Positions 1 to 17,830 of a stretch of DNA of 64,000 bases are shown here, one piece after another. This DNA is from the human T2T-CHM13v2.0 reference genome, Homo sapiens. Numbering within the stretch: position 1 is the stretch's first letter; every line of letters starts with the position of its first letter. The stretch is taken from the NCBI RefSeq assembly GCF_009914755.1, contig NC_060926.1; one strand, written 5' to 3'. A model generated the notes under the pieces. That model searched no databases. It was given only the letters and a program-made list of their open reading frames with translations, and was not told the DNA's origin. The position numbers and the translations under genes are program-made.

Positions 1-464
1 AAAAATTATCACATAGAGCATTACAGCCATTGGAGAAAATAAGTTTCAACTTTTATATGCATATTGTTATTGTAGAAGAAAGTTATACAATCATCAGTAA
101 AAGACTTATAAGTATAAAAATACATTTATTTGAGATGAAGTTCTTTTTGGAAAGTAGAATGGAAGTAAGAGTCCAAAGAGAAAAATAACCACATAATATT
201 ATAGTAACAGAACAAACTTCCTTGTGTATTTACAAATAGACAATGATATATATCAAATTATTAGGAATTTATATTCTATATTCTACTTTTAGATATGTTG
301 GTGTAATATATTCCTTTTTGTTTATTTATACACCATTGCTTTGGCAATCATCATCTTATACTAAATAAAAGAGCATTGGATTTATTGAAAGTCATGTCTT
401 GGATTTGTGAGGCACTGCCATGAGTCAGGATCACCCAGCTTCAGGAAATTCTTCTGGTGTACTT

Positions 465-595
465 CAAATCCTCATTTTTCATACACAAAACGAAGATTGA
501 GGGAAGCCAGTTACTTATGATGTCACACAACCTGCACGATGTGTAGAATCCAGCTCTCTGGCTCTCAGCTTGGTTCTCTTTCTTTAAACTACCAT
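465..595 (-). mobile_element. MIR SINE fragment
   Basis: Degenerate antisense MIR core (aaatcctcattttt...gattgaggga...gtcacacaa). Confidence 0.5.
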
Positions 596-829
596 AAACA
601 CATTAAATCCTAAATTAAACTAAGTATTAGTTTTCAAAAGAACAATCTATGAGCCAACTTGATTAAGTATTTTAAAAGTCTAATTCAAATTAAAATCATT
701 TTTTTAAATTTTCAGTTAACTAATTATTAAACTAGATAAGAATATTTTCCGAAATGAGACTGGTACTTGGTTTGTTGGAGTCTCTGGAAGGAACAGCAAA
801 GCCTTTGGGAAGCTCCAGGGTGTCATGGA

Positions 830-1040
830 AAGAAGAAGCCTTGGCCTCAATTTCTAGTCACGCTAGTTACTAGCTAAGGGCTTTGGTGCTGTTTACCCAA
901 TTCCTCTGAGTTTGTTTCCTTATTTGGAAAATGGAGATTAAAATCCCTGCCTGATGAAGTTAAGGTTAAGATGAAATGAGATAATGCATGTAAAGTGTGT
1001 CGTATAATACTTGGCATATGTTGGAAACCTAAAAACACTC
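830..1040 (+). mobile_element. MIR (MIRb-like) SINE
   Basis: ctctgagtttgtttccttatttggaaaatggagat...atgagataatgcatgtaaagtg...cttggcata matches MIR core and 3' end. Confidence 0.8.
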
Positions 1041-2626
1041 ATTTTCTTCTTGATATTTATCTTTATTTTCTATTTCTACTCCCTAATGCATTTGTCTGTT
1101 GTACTTCCTAATGCTCATGTCCTTAATGTCTCCTTGGATGATATGTGAAGCTAATAGTTTAATGGCTTAGAGAAGTGATTTTCAAGCTGTGAGCCATGGG
1201 AGCTCTGTGGAGGTTGGGGGTGGAGGTGGGGGCTTGGAGGGAAGGAAAGCCATGGGGCTCCAGTCCTTTCATTAACAAGTTTGCTTGTCTCCACATATGC
1301 CAATGATTTTGTTGAGAAAAATGTTTTCCTGGGCTTCATGGGCCATTTAAATTGTGAACCCCCAGGGACACAGTGCTTAGCCCAAGCCATCAGTGCTTGA
1401 AAATAGGCATTTCTGTCATCGAGATTCTGTATGTTGAGATATATTTTGAGATAGGCTTAAGGGTGAGGACATTTGGCTGGAGTCAGCAATAAGTTGCAAC
1501 CTCAGGGTCAATCCTGATTAGTGTACAATGCATAATACAGACAATCGATGAAAAGAGGTGCAACATGGGATGCATACGAGCAGGAGAAACTCAAGTATTT
1601 TGAGAATGTTCATTATGAGTTTCATAAATTTTTAAATTCGGAGTATGTATGCTTGCTTTCATTCCCAATCACCGTGCCATTTTACCCAAGGCCTGTTTGT
1701 TTCTTTTTTGGAGCTGTTCCCTCTTTTGGTAAATGGAACATCATTTCAGCCACCATGCCCATTTCCCGTATCCCAAATGAAAGAAGAGAAATTGAAAGTG
1801 ATCAGTCCTATTCTTGTGATAACTGGAAAAACGATGTCCCGAGTTTTAATAGGACAACAAAAAATCCTTGTTAACTTATTTTCCCTCAATGGCTTTAAAA
1901 ATATTTTCATGATGTCTTTTTCATTAATCAAGTTGTAGACATTCTGTGTACCCTTGGCCTTTCAAAAAAAGATGAACTTTTGTACTTGTGGAACATGTAA
2001 TGGAAACATTAGATGCCTCAGACACATCATTACATTAGCCTTGAGAATAAGTCTGACCAAGATACCTAAGCCTCAAAATAATTCATCAGTGGGCTTTGGA
2101 GAAAACATGTGCCCTTCTCCTCTCAACATAAAGCACTCTGGGGAGGATTCTGCTTAATTTCTGTACCTATCACAGAACAGTTTCCCTTCTCTCCTTTCTG
2201 AAGGCTTTTTGTGTTGAAGGAATAATGTCTATTCTATTTTTCTCTTTTGTTCTTTCTTTTTCCTCTGCCATTTCAAAGTTATATAACTCATGTTCTCCAA
2301 GTTAAAAGTTGATATTTTTATAGCCTTAATCTTCTATTTTTTGCAGAAAATCTAGATTCCTAAAAACAAAAGCTCTCTGCCTAGTTATTTCTGGGAATTT
2401 CTTGTTTGTGGTGTATAACCACAAACAAGTGGAATCCACAACTTTCTTCCTATCCTGTATCTTCCTCTGTATTCTCTGGACTTTGTATTTACACACTAGG
2501 TTGGCAGGACCTCATCCCATCATTTCTGGAGCATTGGGAAGGATTGGTGAGGCAGCAGCCATATCTATTGTCAACCAAGGTTTCAACTTAGTGAGGCCAC
2601 TGTCTGGGCCTGTCACCTACTTGGAA

Positions 2627-2628
<2 letters not shown>

Positions 2629-2664
<36 letters not shown>
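2629..2664. repeat. (TG)18 microsatellite
   Basis: Perfect TG dinucleotide run. Confidence 0.97.
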
Positions 2665-2666
<2 letters not shown>

Positions 2667-2989
2667 TGTAATAGTCATAACGAGTGTAGGGAAGTCATGG
2701 GAGGGGTATGGTTGTCTGCCTTATGAGGGACACTTTTAATTATTTGCATTTGCAGAATATTTCATATTTTGTGTATATTCTTTATAGATTTTCCTCTGTA
2801 TACTTTTGTGTCATAAGAAAGAAAAGCATAAGTTTCTTCATTATAAAATAAGTATAAAATAGTCTTTTTTAAAATCCAATCCAGAACACTATCTGGAAAA
2901 CAACATAAACTCAGATTGGAAGAGGTGATGATGAGATATTAAATAAGCAAAAACAGGTGGCGATATAAATGTGTTTGGTAACGAGACCC

Positions 2990-3450
2990 ATACCAGTCAG
3001 AGTTTGGGTAAGAACACAGATGGCATATTCAAATGGGGTAATTTAAGGTGAGTTTACTTAAAAAAGAAAAAGACTACACTACTTACAGAGGCATGGACAA
3101 GCTTTCAAGGAAACAAGGTGCAGTGCAAGACCTCTGGGCTGAAGAGAGTGAGGAGCCGCAAACATACTGGGTCTGAAGGAGCATGTGGAGGAGGCAGAGA
3201 CTGGAATCTGGAAAGAGGAGGGGGATGGAGAAGCTCTTGGACAGGACCTGGCCTTTGATGGAGAGACACAGGCAACCCACAGTGACCAGGTCTCAGGACA
3301 ACCGAGAATGGACACTGTCACCTCACTTTCTTCCCTTGCTTTCATCTTCTGCTAGTACCTCTAGAAAATCAGAGACCAAGAGAAGACAAAGGAGTTCCCT
3401 GAGGTTTCCATATGATTCAACAGCATGGCTCAGGGGAAGAGGTTTCCAGT
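2990..3450 (-). mobile_element. ERVL LTR, LTR33-like
   Basis: taccagtcag...aacacagatggcatattcaaatggggtaattt resembles the antisense LTR33 terminus. Confidence 0.6.
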
Positions 3451-4345
3451 AGAAAATATTTAGCCAAGACTTTTTATTTCTCATTTCTAGTCCAATTTAT
3501 AAGCAAGAAGTAAAGAGATCCCTATCTGGCTATGCCAACAATAGAAAGTCTTCATCGTACACAATTATAAACATGCATATGAGGCACTCAGAAGTCTGCA
3601 AAGCATTTAAAAGTATTTCCTATTGAACACTCCAAAAAAGACATAGTAAAGCCAAATTAAAAGATTATTTTCTCAATTTTATAAATAATGAACCTCAAGC
3701 AAACAGAGTTTAAGTGAGATGCCCAAATATAGACACCAAATTTTCAAATGGACTAAGTTTTCAGTGATTTTTACTTTTGATTTCTATTGGTATTTTGCTG
3801 CACCATTCCCAGGGGACAGAATTACACATATACCCGAAGTTTTTAACCATCCAAACTTCAGTAAGTATTCTTATAAGAATATATCTGTAGGCAGAGAATA
3901 CTTGCTCCTGTGTCAAAGTGAGTTTCGTTACACCAATGCCTCCAGAAGAATAATAACTGGAGTCCAAAAGCTTTAAGGGCTAATGTAGACCTTTACTGAA
4001 GATCTGGTTTAGGTGGGAACAAAGGGAGAAGAGAATTATAGCACACACTACAAAGTAAAACCTCACGAAAGTCTTGTTTCCAATCATCTATTTAAAACTC
4101 TACCCCAATCTCTCCATTATCCTTGTAGACAAATAAAGCAGGCAATAATTCTCCCCAAAAGTGGCAGAAAGTGGTGATCCCTGTAAAGATGATTATAATA
4201 AAAATTAAGTTTGTCTGTGTCACATGTAAAATGGCCATTGGTCATTAATGTCACTTATGTCTTTAGTGCACACCTCTACAGAAATGATTACACATTGATC
4301 TTCATTTCTTGATGGTCTTGTTGAGTTATTTCTTGTTGCTAATAT

Positions 4346-5030
<685 letters not shown>

Positions 5031-6722
5031 TGTGTGTACGTGTTGCGGGTCGGGGGTGGGGGGCGGGAATTTCTTCTAATTTTTAGGATCAGAAGTTATT
5101 TTTCTTTGTTCTTTCTTATACATGCATTCAAAGGTAGCTTAAGCATAATGTGGCATGGCAGAAATACCCAGCATTTTCAGTCCAAATCAGATCTTTGTCT
5201 AAAACCTATTTTAAAATGTAAATTTATCATCTATTAGCAGCTGTCTAAAGAGATTACAAGACATATTCATACTTTTTTTTTACTTTGCTTTTTACAGTAA
5301 GAGTTGTTCAAATGTTTGGCATAAATGTTATTAGCAGAAGAGACATTTCATCTCTAGGCAGAGACTGCAAAACTCACTGAGGAGTACAGGGAGGCTTTGC
5401 TTTATCAATTTCCATATATATTTAGCTCATGTTTTAGAAGTAATGCTTTTTTAAAAATCAATTTTATACTGCCAAGAAAGGTCTGCCAAAGAAGAATAAA
5501 GAAGCATTTCTTAGATCAAGAAAGAGAATGCATGTAAAAACAGTTTGAAATCTAGTTATGACTCTTAGGAAGGAATTCCATGCAGCCATTAAAAGCACAA
5601 AAACTACATCTTATATGATCTAACTTTAAAGTATTATACATACTTATACAATACTCGTGTTTTTTATTTCCCTTTACAATACTATAAGAAAATAAAAATA
5701 CTATAAATGGTAATTAATATCAGTTGATGTTTACTTTGCTTTCCGAATTTCTTATGAGTACGTGTTTTACAATCACAAAAACAGATAATTTATCCTTTAA
5801 ACAAAAATATAAAGCACTATCCTGAAGGCTAATTTCAAACCTAGTAAATGAACCTGGGGTGTATAAGCAGCCAAATAATTCCTCATGGAAAGACAGTGCC
5901 TAAAATAGGCCTGGCAGAATGAAAAGGAGAGAACAATTCCTGCTTCTGGAAGGAACATTATAATTGAGACAGTTTGAAGACAAAAGATGAGTGAACACAG
6001 TATAAGAACATCAAAATGCTACATTTTACTGCTGTTTGATGTGGAACAGATGACATTATGCAGCTCAAAATATATTCTGATGTTTTACTAGCAAACATCA
6101 AACCTCTCTCCTTGTGGATCTAAATGCTATTTTTGGATGTTATATACTTAAGGTGCATGGTCTACCTAGGGCCAGATTCTCTTTAAAAACTGTGTTTAAA
6201 AAACTCTGCTTGTGTAGATCACAGCTTTTACCTACAGAAGAAAATCATTCCTTATTTTGTTAGAAAAAAAGTGGTTATAAAAAAATAATTTTATAATATT
6301 TTAAACAACGATGTAAATTACAGTGCTTAAAATCTGATCAGGATAACAAATGGCTTAGGCAGTGAAAAATTTACTCTGGACTGCCCTATAGGAAGTCAGG
6401 TATTTATGGTTAAGGTTATACAGATTTGATATAGAATCTTACATTAGTAATGGGCTTTATATCAGTATATTTAGGATGTTCATACTTCAGTTGAATACCT
6501 TGAAATTTTCAAGGGATTAATTAGTGACAAAAAAAATGCTATATATAGTATGTGGCCTTTTTAGTCCTTTCAAATCTGGGTATTTCTTTCAAGCGTCATT
6601 GATTAACACACCTTTTAAAAATATACCATAGGTGTGGGATATTCTGGCTTCAATGAAAACAACTGAGAAACATGAGAACTTAAAGGATCCAAGGGTTCTT
6701 CTAATTCAGACTTTTTGCTTTA

Positions 6723-8778
<2,056 letters not shown>

Positions 8779-10037
8779 TAAAGGTGTGGAAACTCAGGCT
8801 CAATGGGTTTGGGGGACTCCAAGTGTCCCCCTTTATCCTTCTTTGGTAACCAAAATATCCAGAGGGAGGTCAAATGAATGCCCTAACTGCTCAAGCCCAG
8901 ACCCAAAAGAGACTAAGGAGACTTCCACGGTGACTAGTGGATGGAAGCTGGTGTGACCAAGCTAGTATTCCTTCCACCATTAGGGTTCTAGAGAAATTTT
9001 CCCTGAGTTCCTGCTTCTGTGACCCTGGAAGCTGCCCTAGAGTTCTCTTCATCCTGATCCCTGACACCTAAACATTTTTCATGATTTTGGAAGCAGGTAA
9101 CACGGCTGTCTCATAATTCTCAAGGAGCTACATTAAACACTTTTTAAGTTTTGTAGACATACTTTATAACTGATCTTTTAAGGTACTTGCTTTACCTCAA
9201 TATCTTAAACTTTCTGATTTATCCCTAGGATAATAGGTTGACACTTTATTATGAAGATTTTTATTTTTTTATTCTTAACAGAAAATATGACCCAATTAAT
9301 ATCTGTGGACACCATGTTCTCATCTATCTCAACAGATTTTTCTCTTCACCACAAAAATTGCTTATCAATTTATTTTGAGGCTTTACTCTCTTTTCTTTAA
9401 AAGCTGTTAATTCACTAGTACGTTTTAATTATCTGGAGTCAATTCCTTTACAGACTTGACATAGCAAGTTACCTTTTATTAACAGCTAAATAAATTCTGG
9501 ACAATTCAAAACAGATGAATGTTTACAACTACAGCATTGGATGATTGAATCAGCACACACAATTCTATTAGATTCTGTCCTGAGTCACACCCAACACACC
9601 TATCTCTGAGAACAATGGAGAAACGAATGCAAAGAGGTCATTTGACAGTGAACTTGGCCACACACCAAACGCATTGCTACTACAACCAGCATCTGAGAAC
9701 ACCATTATACAAAGACTTTCTATAACCAAGGAACCCACGCAGAGTCTTCACTTCTTAAAGTACCAACAATAAAAAAGTTGCAATAAACTATGAACATTAA
9801 AGTCTCATCCTTAAGGGGAAAGAATAAATTTACAAAAAAAGTCACAAATAAAAAATAAATTCAAGAATAATTATAACAAATAGTCTACCCAAATGAGGAG
9901 GAACTAGAAAAATAATTATTGTAATATGACCAAACAAACAGGGTTCTATAGCACCCCCAAAAGATCACACTAGCTCTCCAGCAATGAATACAACTCAAGA
10001 TAAAATCTCAGAAATACAAATTTAAAAAATCAAAAGG

Positions 10038-10427
<390 letters not shown>

Positions 10428-13400
10428 TTAAAAAACGAATTTTCCAGATAGTTTTTTTAAAAATTGTAGACAGATATTTATTTTAAAAAAAGGATCAGAA
10501 CTTCTGGAAATTAAAGACATATTTAGGTAATTACAAAATGTAGTGGAAACTTTTAACAATAGACTAGACCAAGTAGAAGAAAGAATTTTAGAGCTCAAAA
10601 ACAAGGCTTTTGAATTACCCCAAGTGGACAAAAATAAACAAGAATAAAAAGACATGAACAAAAGTCTCCAAGAAATATGAGATTATGTAAAATGGCCAAA
10701 GCTGAGTAATTGGTGTTCCTGAGGGAGAAGAGAAAGCCAATAGTTTGGAAAATGTATTTCAGGGAACAATTGAGGAAAACTTCCCTCAGAGACTTAGACA
10801 TCCAGATATAAAAAGCTCAAATTATTCCTGGGAGATTCATTGCAAAAACGACATCACTAAGGCATACAGTCATCAGACTATCTAAAGTCAATATGAAGGA
10901 AAGAATTCTAAGAGCAGTGAGACAAAAGCATCAAGTAACCTATAAAGGAAAACCTATCAGACTAACAGCAGAAATCTCAGCAGAAATATTGCAAGCCATA
11001 AGGGATTCAGGTTCTATCCTTACCTCCTTAAACAGAATAACTGTCAGCCAAGAATTTTGTATTCAGCAAAACTAAGTTTCATAATCAAAGAAGAAATAAA
11101 ATCATTTTCCGACTAGAAAATGCTGAGGGAATTTGTCACCACCAGACCAACCCTACAAGAAATTATAAAAGGAGTTCTAAATCTTGAAATAAAAGATAAA
11201 CACTCACCAGAATAGAACCTCTTAAAGCATAAAACTCATAGGACCTATAAAACAATAATACAATGATGAAAACGAAGTATCTAGGTAACAACATGATAAC
11301 TGGAACAATACCTCACATCTCAATGTTAACATAGACTAAATTGTCTAAATGTTCCACTTAAAAGATACAGATTGCAGAATGAGTAAAAAAAAAAATCACA
11401 AACCAAATACTTGCTGTCTTCAAGAGACTCATCTAACATGTAATGATTCTTATAAACTCAAGGAAAAGGGGTCCAAAAAAATATTCCATGCAAAAGGAAA
11501 CCAAAAGTGAATAAGAGTAACTATTCTTATATTAGATAAAAGAGACTTTAAAGCAATAACAGTAAAACAAAACAAGATTATTATATAAATGATAGAAGAA
11601 TCAATCCAAAAAGAAGATATTACAATCCTTTATTTATATGTATCTAACTCTGGAGGTCCCAGATTCATAAAACAATGACTATTACACCTAAGAAATGAGA
11701 TGGACAACAACACAATAATAGTGAGGGACTTCAGCACTCCACTGACAGCACTAGACAGATCATCAAGATAGAAAGTCAACAAAGAAACAATGTACATAAA
11801 CTATACTCTAGAACACATTAGTTGTATAGTTTAAATATCTATAAATATTTACAGATATTTTAGAATATTCTACCCAAGAAATGCAGAATATACATTCTTC
11901 TCATCAGCACAGGGAACATTCTTAAAGATCGACCAGATGATAGGCCACAAGACAAGTCTCAATAAATTTTAAAAAATTCAAATCATATCAAATATCTTCC
12001 CAGATCACAGTGGAATAAAACCAGAAATTAGCTCCAAAAGGAACCCCCTAACCTGTACAGATACATGGAAATTAAACAATCTGTTCCAGAATGATTTTTG
12101 CATTAACAATGAAATCAATATGGACATTTAAAAATTTATTGAAATGAATGACAATAGTGATACAAGTTATCAAAACCTCCAGGATACAGAAAAACAGTGC
12201 TAAGAGGAAAGTTTATAGCACTAAATGCCTGCATCAAAAAGTCTGAAAGATCACAAATTGACAACCTAACTTTATACCTCAAGGAACTAGAGAAATAAGA
12301 ACAAACGAAACCCAAAGCTAACAGAAGAAAAGAAATAACAAAGATGAGAGAGGAAATAACTGAAATTGAAACAAAAAAATAAAAGACCAATGAAAAAAAG
12401 TTCATTCTTTGAAAACTGATAGAGCATTAGCTAGATTAACCAAGAAAAGAAGAGAGAACATTCAGACCTTCTCTGAATTAGAAAGAAAATGGAGACTTTA
12501 CAACTGACCTCACAGAAACAAAAGGATCATTTGAGACTACTATGAACACCTCTATGCACACAAACTAGAAAATCTAGAGGAAAGGGATAAATTGTTGGAA
12601 ACATACAACCTTCTTACACTAAATCAGGAAGAAATAGAAACCCTGAACAGACCAACAGCAAGCAGTGAAAATGAATCAGTAACAAAACAACTGACAACAA
12701 AAAAAGGCCCAGGGCCAGATAGATTCACAGATGAATTCTACCAGATATTCAAAGAAGAATTGGTATCAATCCTACTGAAACTATTCCAAAAGATTGAGAA
12801 AGTTGAAATCCTTCCTAACTCATTCTATGAAGCCAGTATCACCCTGCTACCAAAGCCAGTAAAGGACATAACAATAAAAGAAAACTATAGGCCAGTATCC
12901 CTGATGAACAAAAATACAAAAATCTTTAACAAAATACTAGCTAACCAAATCCAACAGCACAGCAATAGGATGATACACCATCATCAAGTGAATTTCATAC
13001 CAGGGATGCAGGGATAGTTTAACATATGCAAGTTAATAAATGTGATATATCACATGAAGAATTAAAAACGAAAGTCATACGATTATCTCAATAGATGCCG
13101 AAAAAGCATTCAATAATATCTGGCTTCCCTTTATGATGAAAAACCCTCAACAAACTTAGCATAGAAGGGACATATCGCAAAATAATAAAAGCCATATATG
13201 TCAAACCCACAACCAACTTCATAGTGAATAGGGAAAAGTCGAAAGGATTTTCCTTGAGAACTAGAATGAGAAAAGGATTCCCACTTTCACCGCTTCTACT
13301 CAATATAGTACTGGAAGTCCTAACTGGAGCAATCAGAAAAGAGAAATAAATAAAGGGCATCACTGAAATTGAAAAAGATTAAGTCAAACTATTTCTGTTC

Positions 13401-14760
13401 ACCGATGATATGTTGTATACCTAGAAAATCCTAAAGACACCTCCAAAAGACTGCTAGATAAAAATCAATGTACACAAATCAGTGGCACTGCTCTACACCA
13501 ACAATCAAGCTGAGAATCAAATCAAGAACTCAATCCATTTTACAATAACTGGAAAATAAGAATAAAATACCTTGAAATATACTGTACCAAGGAGGTGAAA
13601 GATCTCTGCAAGGAGTACTACAAAACAGTGCTGAAAGAAATCACAGGAGACACAAACAAATGAAAACACATTCCAGGCTCATGAATTGGAAGAATTAATA
13701 TCGTGAAAATGACAATGCTGCCAAAAGCAATCTACAGAATCAATGCAATTCCTATCAAAATACCAACATCATTTTCCACAGAATTAGAAAAAGCAATCTT
13801 AAAATTCATATGGAACCAAAAGAGAGCCTGAATAGCCAAAACAGTCCTAAGCAAAAAGAACAATCTGGAGGCATCACATTACCTCACTTCAAATTATACT
13901 ACAAGACTATAGTTACCAAAATAGCATGGTGCTGGTATAAAAGTAGACTCATAGACCAATGGGACAGAATAGAAAACCCAGAAATAAAGCCAAAATAGAT
14001 ACAGCCAACTGACCTTCAACAAAGCATATAAATACATAAGTTGGGGAAAGGATATCCTACTTAATAAACGCAGCTGGGAAAACTGGATAGCCACATGTAG
14101 AAGAATAACACTGGATCCCTATCTCTCACCTTACACAAAAATCAACTCAAGATGGAAAAAGACTTAAATCTAAGACATGCAACCTCAAAAATTCTAAAAG
14201 ATAACCTAGAAAAAACTCTTCTAGACATTGGCCTAGGCAAAGAATTTATGGCTAAGATCCTAAAAACAAATGCAACAAAAATAAAATAAATGAATAAATG
14301 TGACCTAATTAAACTAAAAAGCATTTATACAGCAAAAGAAATAATCATCAGAGTAAACAGACAACCCACAGAATGGGAGAATATATTTGCAAACTATGCA
14401 TCTGACAAAGGACTAATATCCAGAATCTACAAGGAGCTCAAACAAATCAGCAAGAAAAACAAATTCCATAAAAAGTGGACAAATGACATCAACAGACATT
14501 TCTCAAAAGAAGATATACAAATGTCCAACAGGCATATGAAAAACTCCTCAACATTACTAATCATCAGAAAAATGAAAATTAAAACTACAATGAGATACCA
14601 TTTTACCCTTGCAAGAATGGCCATTATTAAAAAGTCAAAAAACAGTAGATGTTGATATAGATGTGGTGAAAAGGGAATGCTTACACACTGCTGGTGGGAA
14701 TGTAAATTAGTACAACCTCTATGGAAAATAGTATGGAGATTTCTTAAAGAATCAAAAGTA

Positions 14761-15069
14761 GGCTGGGCGCAGTGGCTCATGCCTGTAATCCCAACACTTT
14801 GGGAGGCTGAGGCGGGTGGATCACCTGAGGCCAGGAGTTCGAAACCAGCCTGGCCAACATGGTGAAACCCCATCTCTACTAAAAATACAAAAAATTAGCT
14901 GGGGGTAGTGGTGGGCACCTGTAATCCCAGCTACTCAGGAGGCTAAGTCAGGAGAATCGCTTGAACCCAGGAGGTGGAGGTTGCAGTGAGCTGAGCTCGA
15001 GCCACTGCACTACAGCCTGGGCAACAGAGTGAGACTCCATCTCAAACAAACAAAGAAACAAACAAAAAA
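14761..15069 (+). mobile_element. AluSx-like, inserted in the L1PB
   Basis: Full Alu; TSD caaaagta. Confidence 0.95.
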
Positions 15070-16399
15070 CAAAAGTAGATCTACTATTCACTATGACAAT
15101 CCCACTACTGCATATCTACCCAAACAAAAAGAAGTCATTATATCAAAAAGACACCTGCACATGTATGTTTATAGCAGCACAATTCACAATTGCAGGATAT
15201 GGAAGCAACCTAAGTGCCTATCAATTAATGAATGGATACAGAAAGTATGGTATATATACACCATGGAATATTATTCAACCACAAAGAAGAAGAAAATAAT
15301 GTCTTTTGAACCAGCTTAGGTGAAGCTGAAGGCCATTACTCTAAGTGAAGTAACTCATGAATGAGAAACCAAATACTGTATGTTCTCACTTATAAGTAGG
15401 AGCTAAACTATGGGTATGCAAAGGCATACAGAGTGGTATAATGAACTATAGAGACTCAGAAGCGAGAGGGAGGGAGGAGGTTGAGAGATAAAAAACTACA
15501 TATGAGGTACAATGTACACTACTCAGGTGATGGGTCGACTAAAATCTCACATTTCACTACTATACAATTCATACCTATAATCAAAAAGCACTTGTACCCC
15601 CAAAGCTTTGAAATAAAAAATATTTTTTGAAAATTTTAAAAATCAAAGAGGTCATTTAAGAAAATGTCATATATACATTTTATTCACTCGAGGATCTTAT
15701 TCAAACTATAGTGATTTGTTTACTTTATTACCTTTGGCTCCTTGTCTCATTCTGTCTTTGCTATCTAATAACAAAGATTTAATTGCTATTAGATTTAATA
15801 GCTATTAGATTTAATAGAGTATTATTTAATAAATGATCCTCACTATGATTGCCACCTCACTGGTGAGGATTATTTGTTAAATTCTAGAGAGTAAAAGAAA
15901 GATTTTGGATTTGTGGAGGTGCATAAGTTTGGTAGTATGCAAATGTTTTTATATGTAAACTGTGATACTTAATGTATAATTTATTTGGTTTCATTGACTA
16001 TAAGCAGTAGCCTGGAAAAGAAATAGGCAATGCATTTTTAAGTTTTATGAAATTATGGTAACTTTGTCAGAATAAATGATGCATCCTTCTTCTCTTTTCC
16101 CCAAGTATCACATTGTTTTCAATTTGAGAATTATTTATTAATTGTCTACTACACATGATTATGCATGCACTGGATGTTGAATCATTGACAGGTAGCTTGG
16201 TGCTTTTCATATACTAAATATTCAACAAAAAGTGATTAAGGGCAGTCCCTTGACCAATAGGGCTTATTAGTATGGAGGATTATACAACTAAACAAATAAC
16301 TATCATATAAGGAATAAGGCATGGTATAAGAAAACTATAAACAACTTTCCAGGTTTGAAGGATAAATAAATTATATTTGGAAAAGAAGGATTTAGAACA

Positions 16400-16600
16400 T
16401 TGTATTATTAAGGACAGGCCAAACTATGCTACAGTAAAAGATTAGCAGCAAATAAAGAAATTTACCAAAACAAAGGTATATTTCTTCTTATGATTATGTG
16501 TCCACTGTGGGTTGATGAGGAGTTCTACTCCACATAGTCATTCAGGTACCCAGGGTGCAAAAGACTTGACCATCCTGTAGCTTGTCATTTAAGACGTATG
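16400..16600 (-). mobile_element. MLT1 (MaLR) LTR fragment
   Basis: tgtattattaaggacaggccaaactatgctacagtaa...ctccacatagtcattcaggtacccagg. Confidence 0.55.
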
Positions 16601-16619
16601 TCTTTTAAATGTTGATTCA

Positions 16620-17160
16620 CATATATTAAGTTTCTGTTTTTATTAAGGTTTAATTTTTAGGTGCATAAAAATTTAAGGTTTCTAATTCTGTCTGAAGAAT
16701 TAACCCTTTTATCATTATAATATATTTTTCTTTGTATCTGGTCATACTATCCATTTTAAAGACTTATCTGATATGAATATACCTCCTCCACCCTTCTTAT
16801 GCCTACTGTTTGCATGGTATGTAACTTTCCAACCATTTATTTCATCTACCTGTGTCTTCACATTTGAAGGGCATCTCTTGTAGACAGCATATTGTTGAAT
16901 CTTGCTTTTTAAATTATTCTGAGAGTCTCTACATTTTAATTGGAGTATTTAGTCCATTAACATTCATGTAGTTATTGATATGGTTGGATTCAGCTGTTAT
17001 TTTTTATTTTATTGTTTTTAGGCAGTTTATTATTTATTTTCAGCCATCTCTTCTGTTTTTGTTTCCCTATTCCCCTCTTACTGACTTCTTTGTAGATTAT
17101 TTGAATACTTTTTAAAATTTTGTTTTAATTTGTGTGTTGGATTTTAGACAAATTTTGTCA
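16620..17160 (-). mobile_element. Old L1M fragment (ORF2 5' region)
   Basis: ctgtttgcatggtat...tctcttgtagacagcatattgttgaatcttgc typical of antisense L1 endonuclease region. Confidence 0.7.
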
Positions 17161-17224
17161 ATGCATTTTAAATATATTTAATGCATTTAAAATAACATAT
17201 TTAGTGATTAGAATGATATGATCA

Positions 17225-17518
17225 GGTTGGGCGTGGTGGCTCATGCCTGTAATCCCAGCACTTTGGGAGGTCGAGGTGGGTGGATCACCTGAGGTCAGGA
17301 GTTTGAGACCAACATGGCCAACACAACGAAACCCTGTCTCCACTAAAAATACAAAAATTAGCCAGGTATGGTGGTGCACACTTGTAGTCCCAGCTACTTG
17401 GGAGGCTGAGGCAAGAGAATTGCTTGAACCCAGGAGGCAGACAGCTGAGATCACACCACAGCACTCTAGCCTGAGTGACAGAGTGAGACTCCAACTCAAA
17501 AAAAACAAAAAAAAAAGG
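17225..17518 (+). mobile_element. AluS
   Basis: Full Alu with small internal deletions; TSD atatgatca. Confidence 0.95.
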
Positions 17519-17614
17519 AATTATATGATCAAAGCAGTATTTTTCATTATATTTATTATTGCAGTCTTATTAGAGTATTGAATTTATTTCAACCCGTATA
17601 GTTTCAGAAACATG

Positions 17615-17830
17615 GAAAATTCGTAGAATGCCAGGAGAGGAAAAACAGAAATGATAAAAGGGTTGGAACTAGAACCAAAGAAGAAAAATGAGCAGATATA
17701 ATTTGGCCTGAAGAAGAGAAAGCTTGGAGATAACATTTGCCTTTAAACAGATGAAGTGTTTTCATGTGGTTACCAGATGTTTTCATCATTACTCAAAAAA
17801 GAAGAAAATAGTATTAATTGTAACAAGATG
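17615..17830 (+). mobile_element. Possible CR1/L3 LINE fragment
   Basis: atttggcctgaagaagagaaagcttggaga...gcctttaaacagatgaag resembles L3 3' ORF region. Confidence 0.45.

Noticed and set aside
1548-1938. Overlapping ~100-aa ORFs in unique sequence
   Set aside because: No recognisable domain or coding signal; expected by chance
15775-15817. 16-bp tandem (agatttaatwgctatt); similar short tandems near 41136-41163 and 47740-47782
   Set aside because: Ordinary slippage duplications
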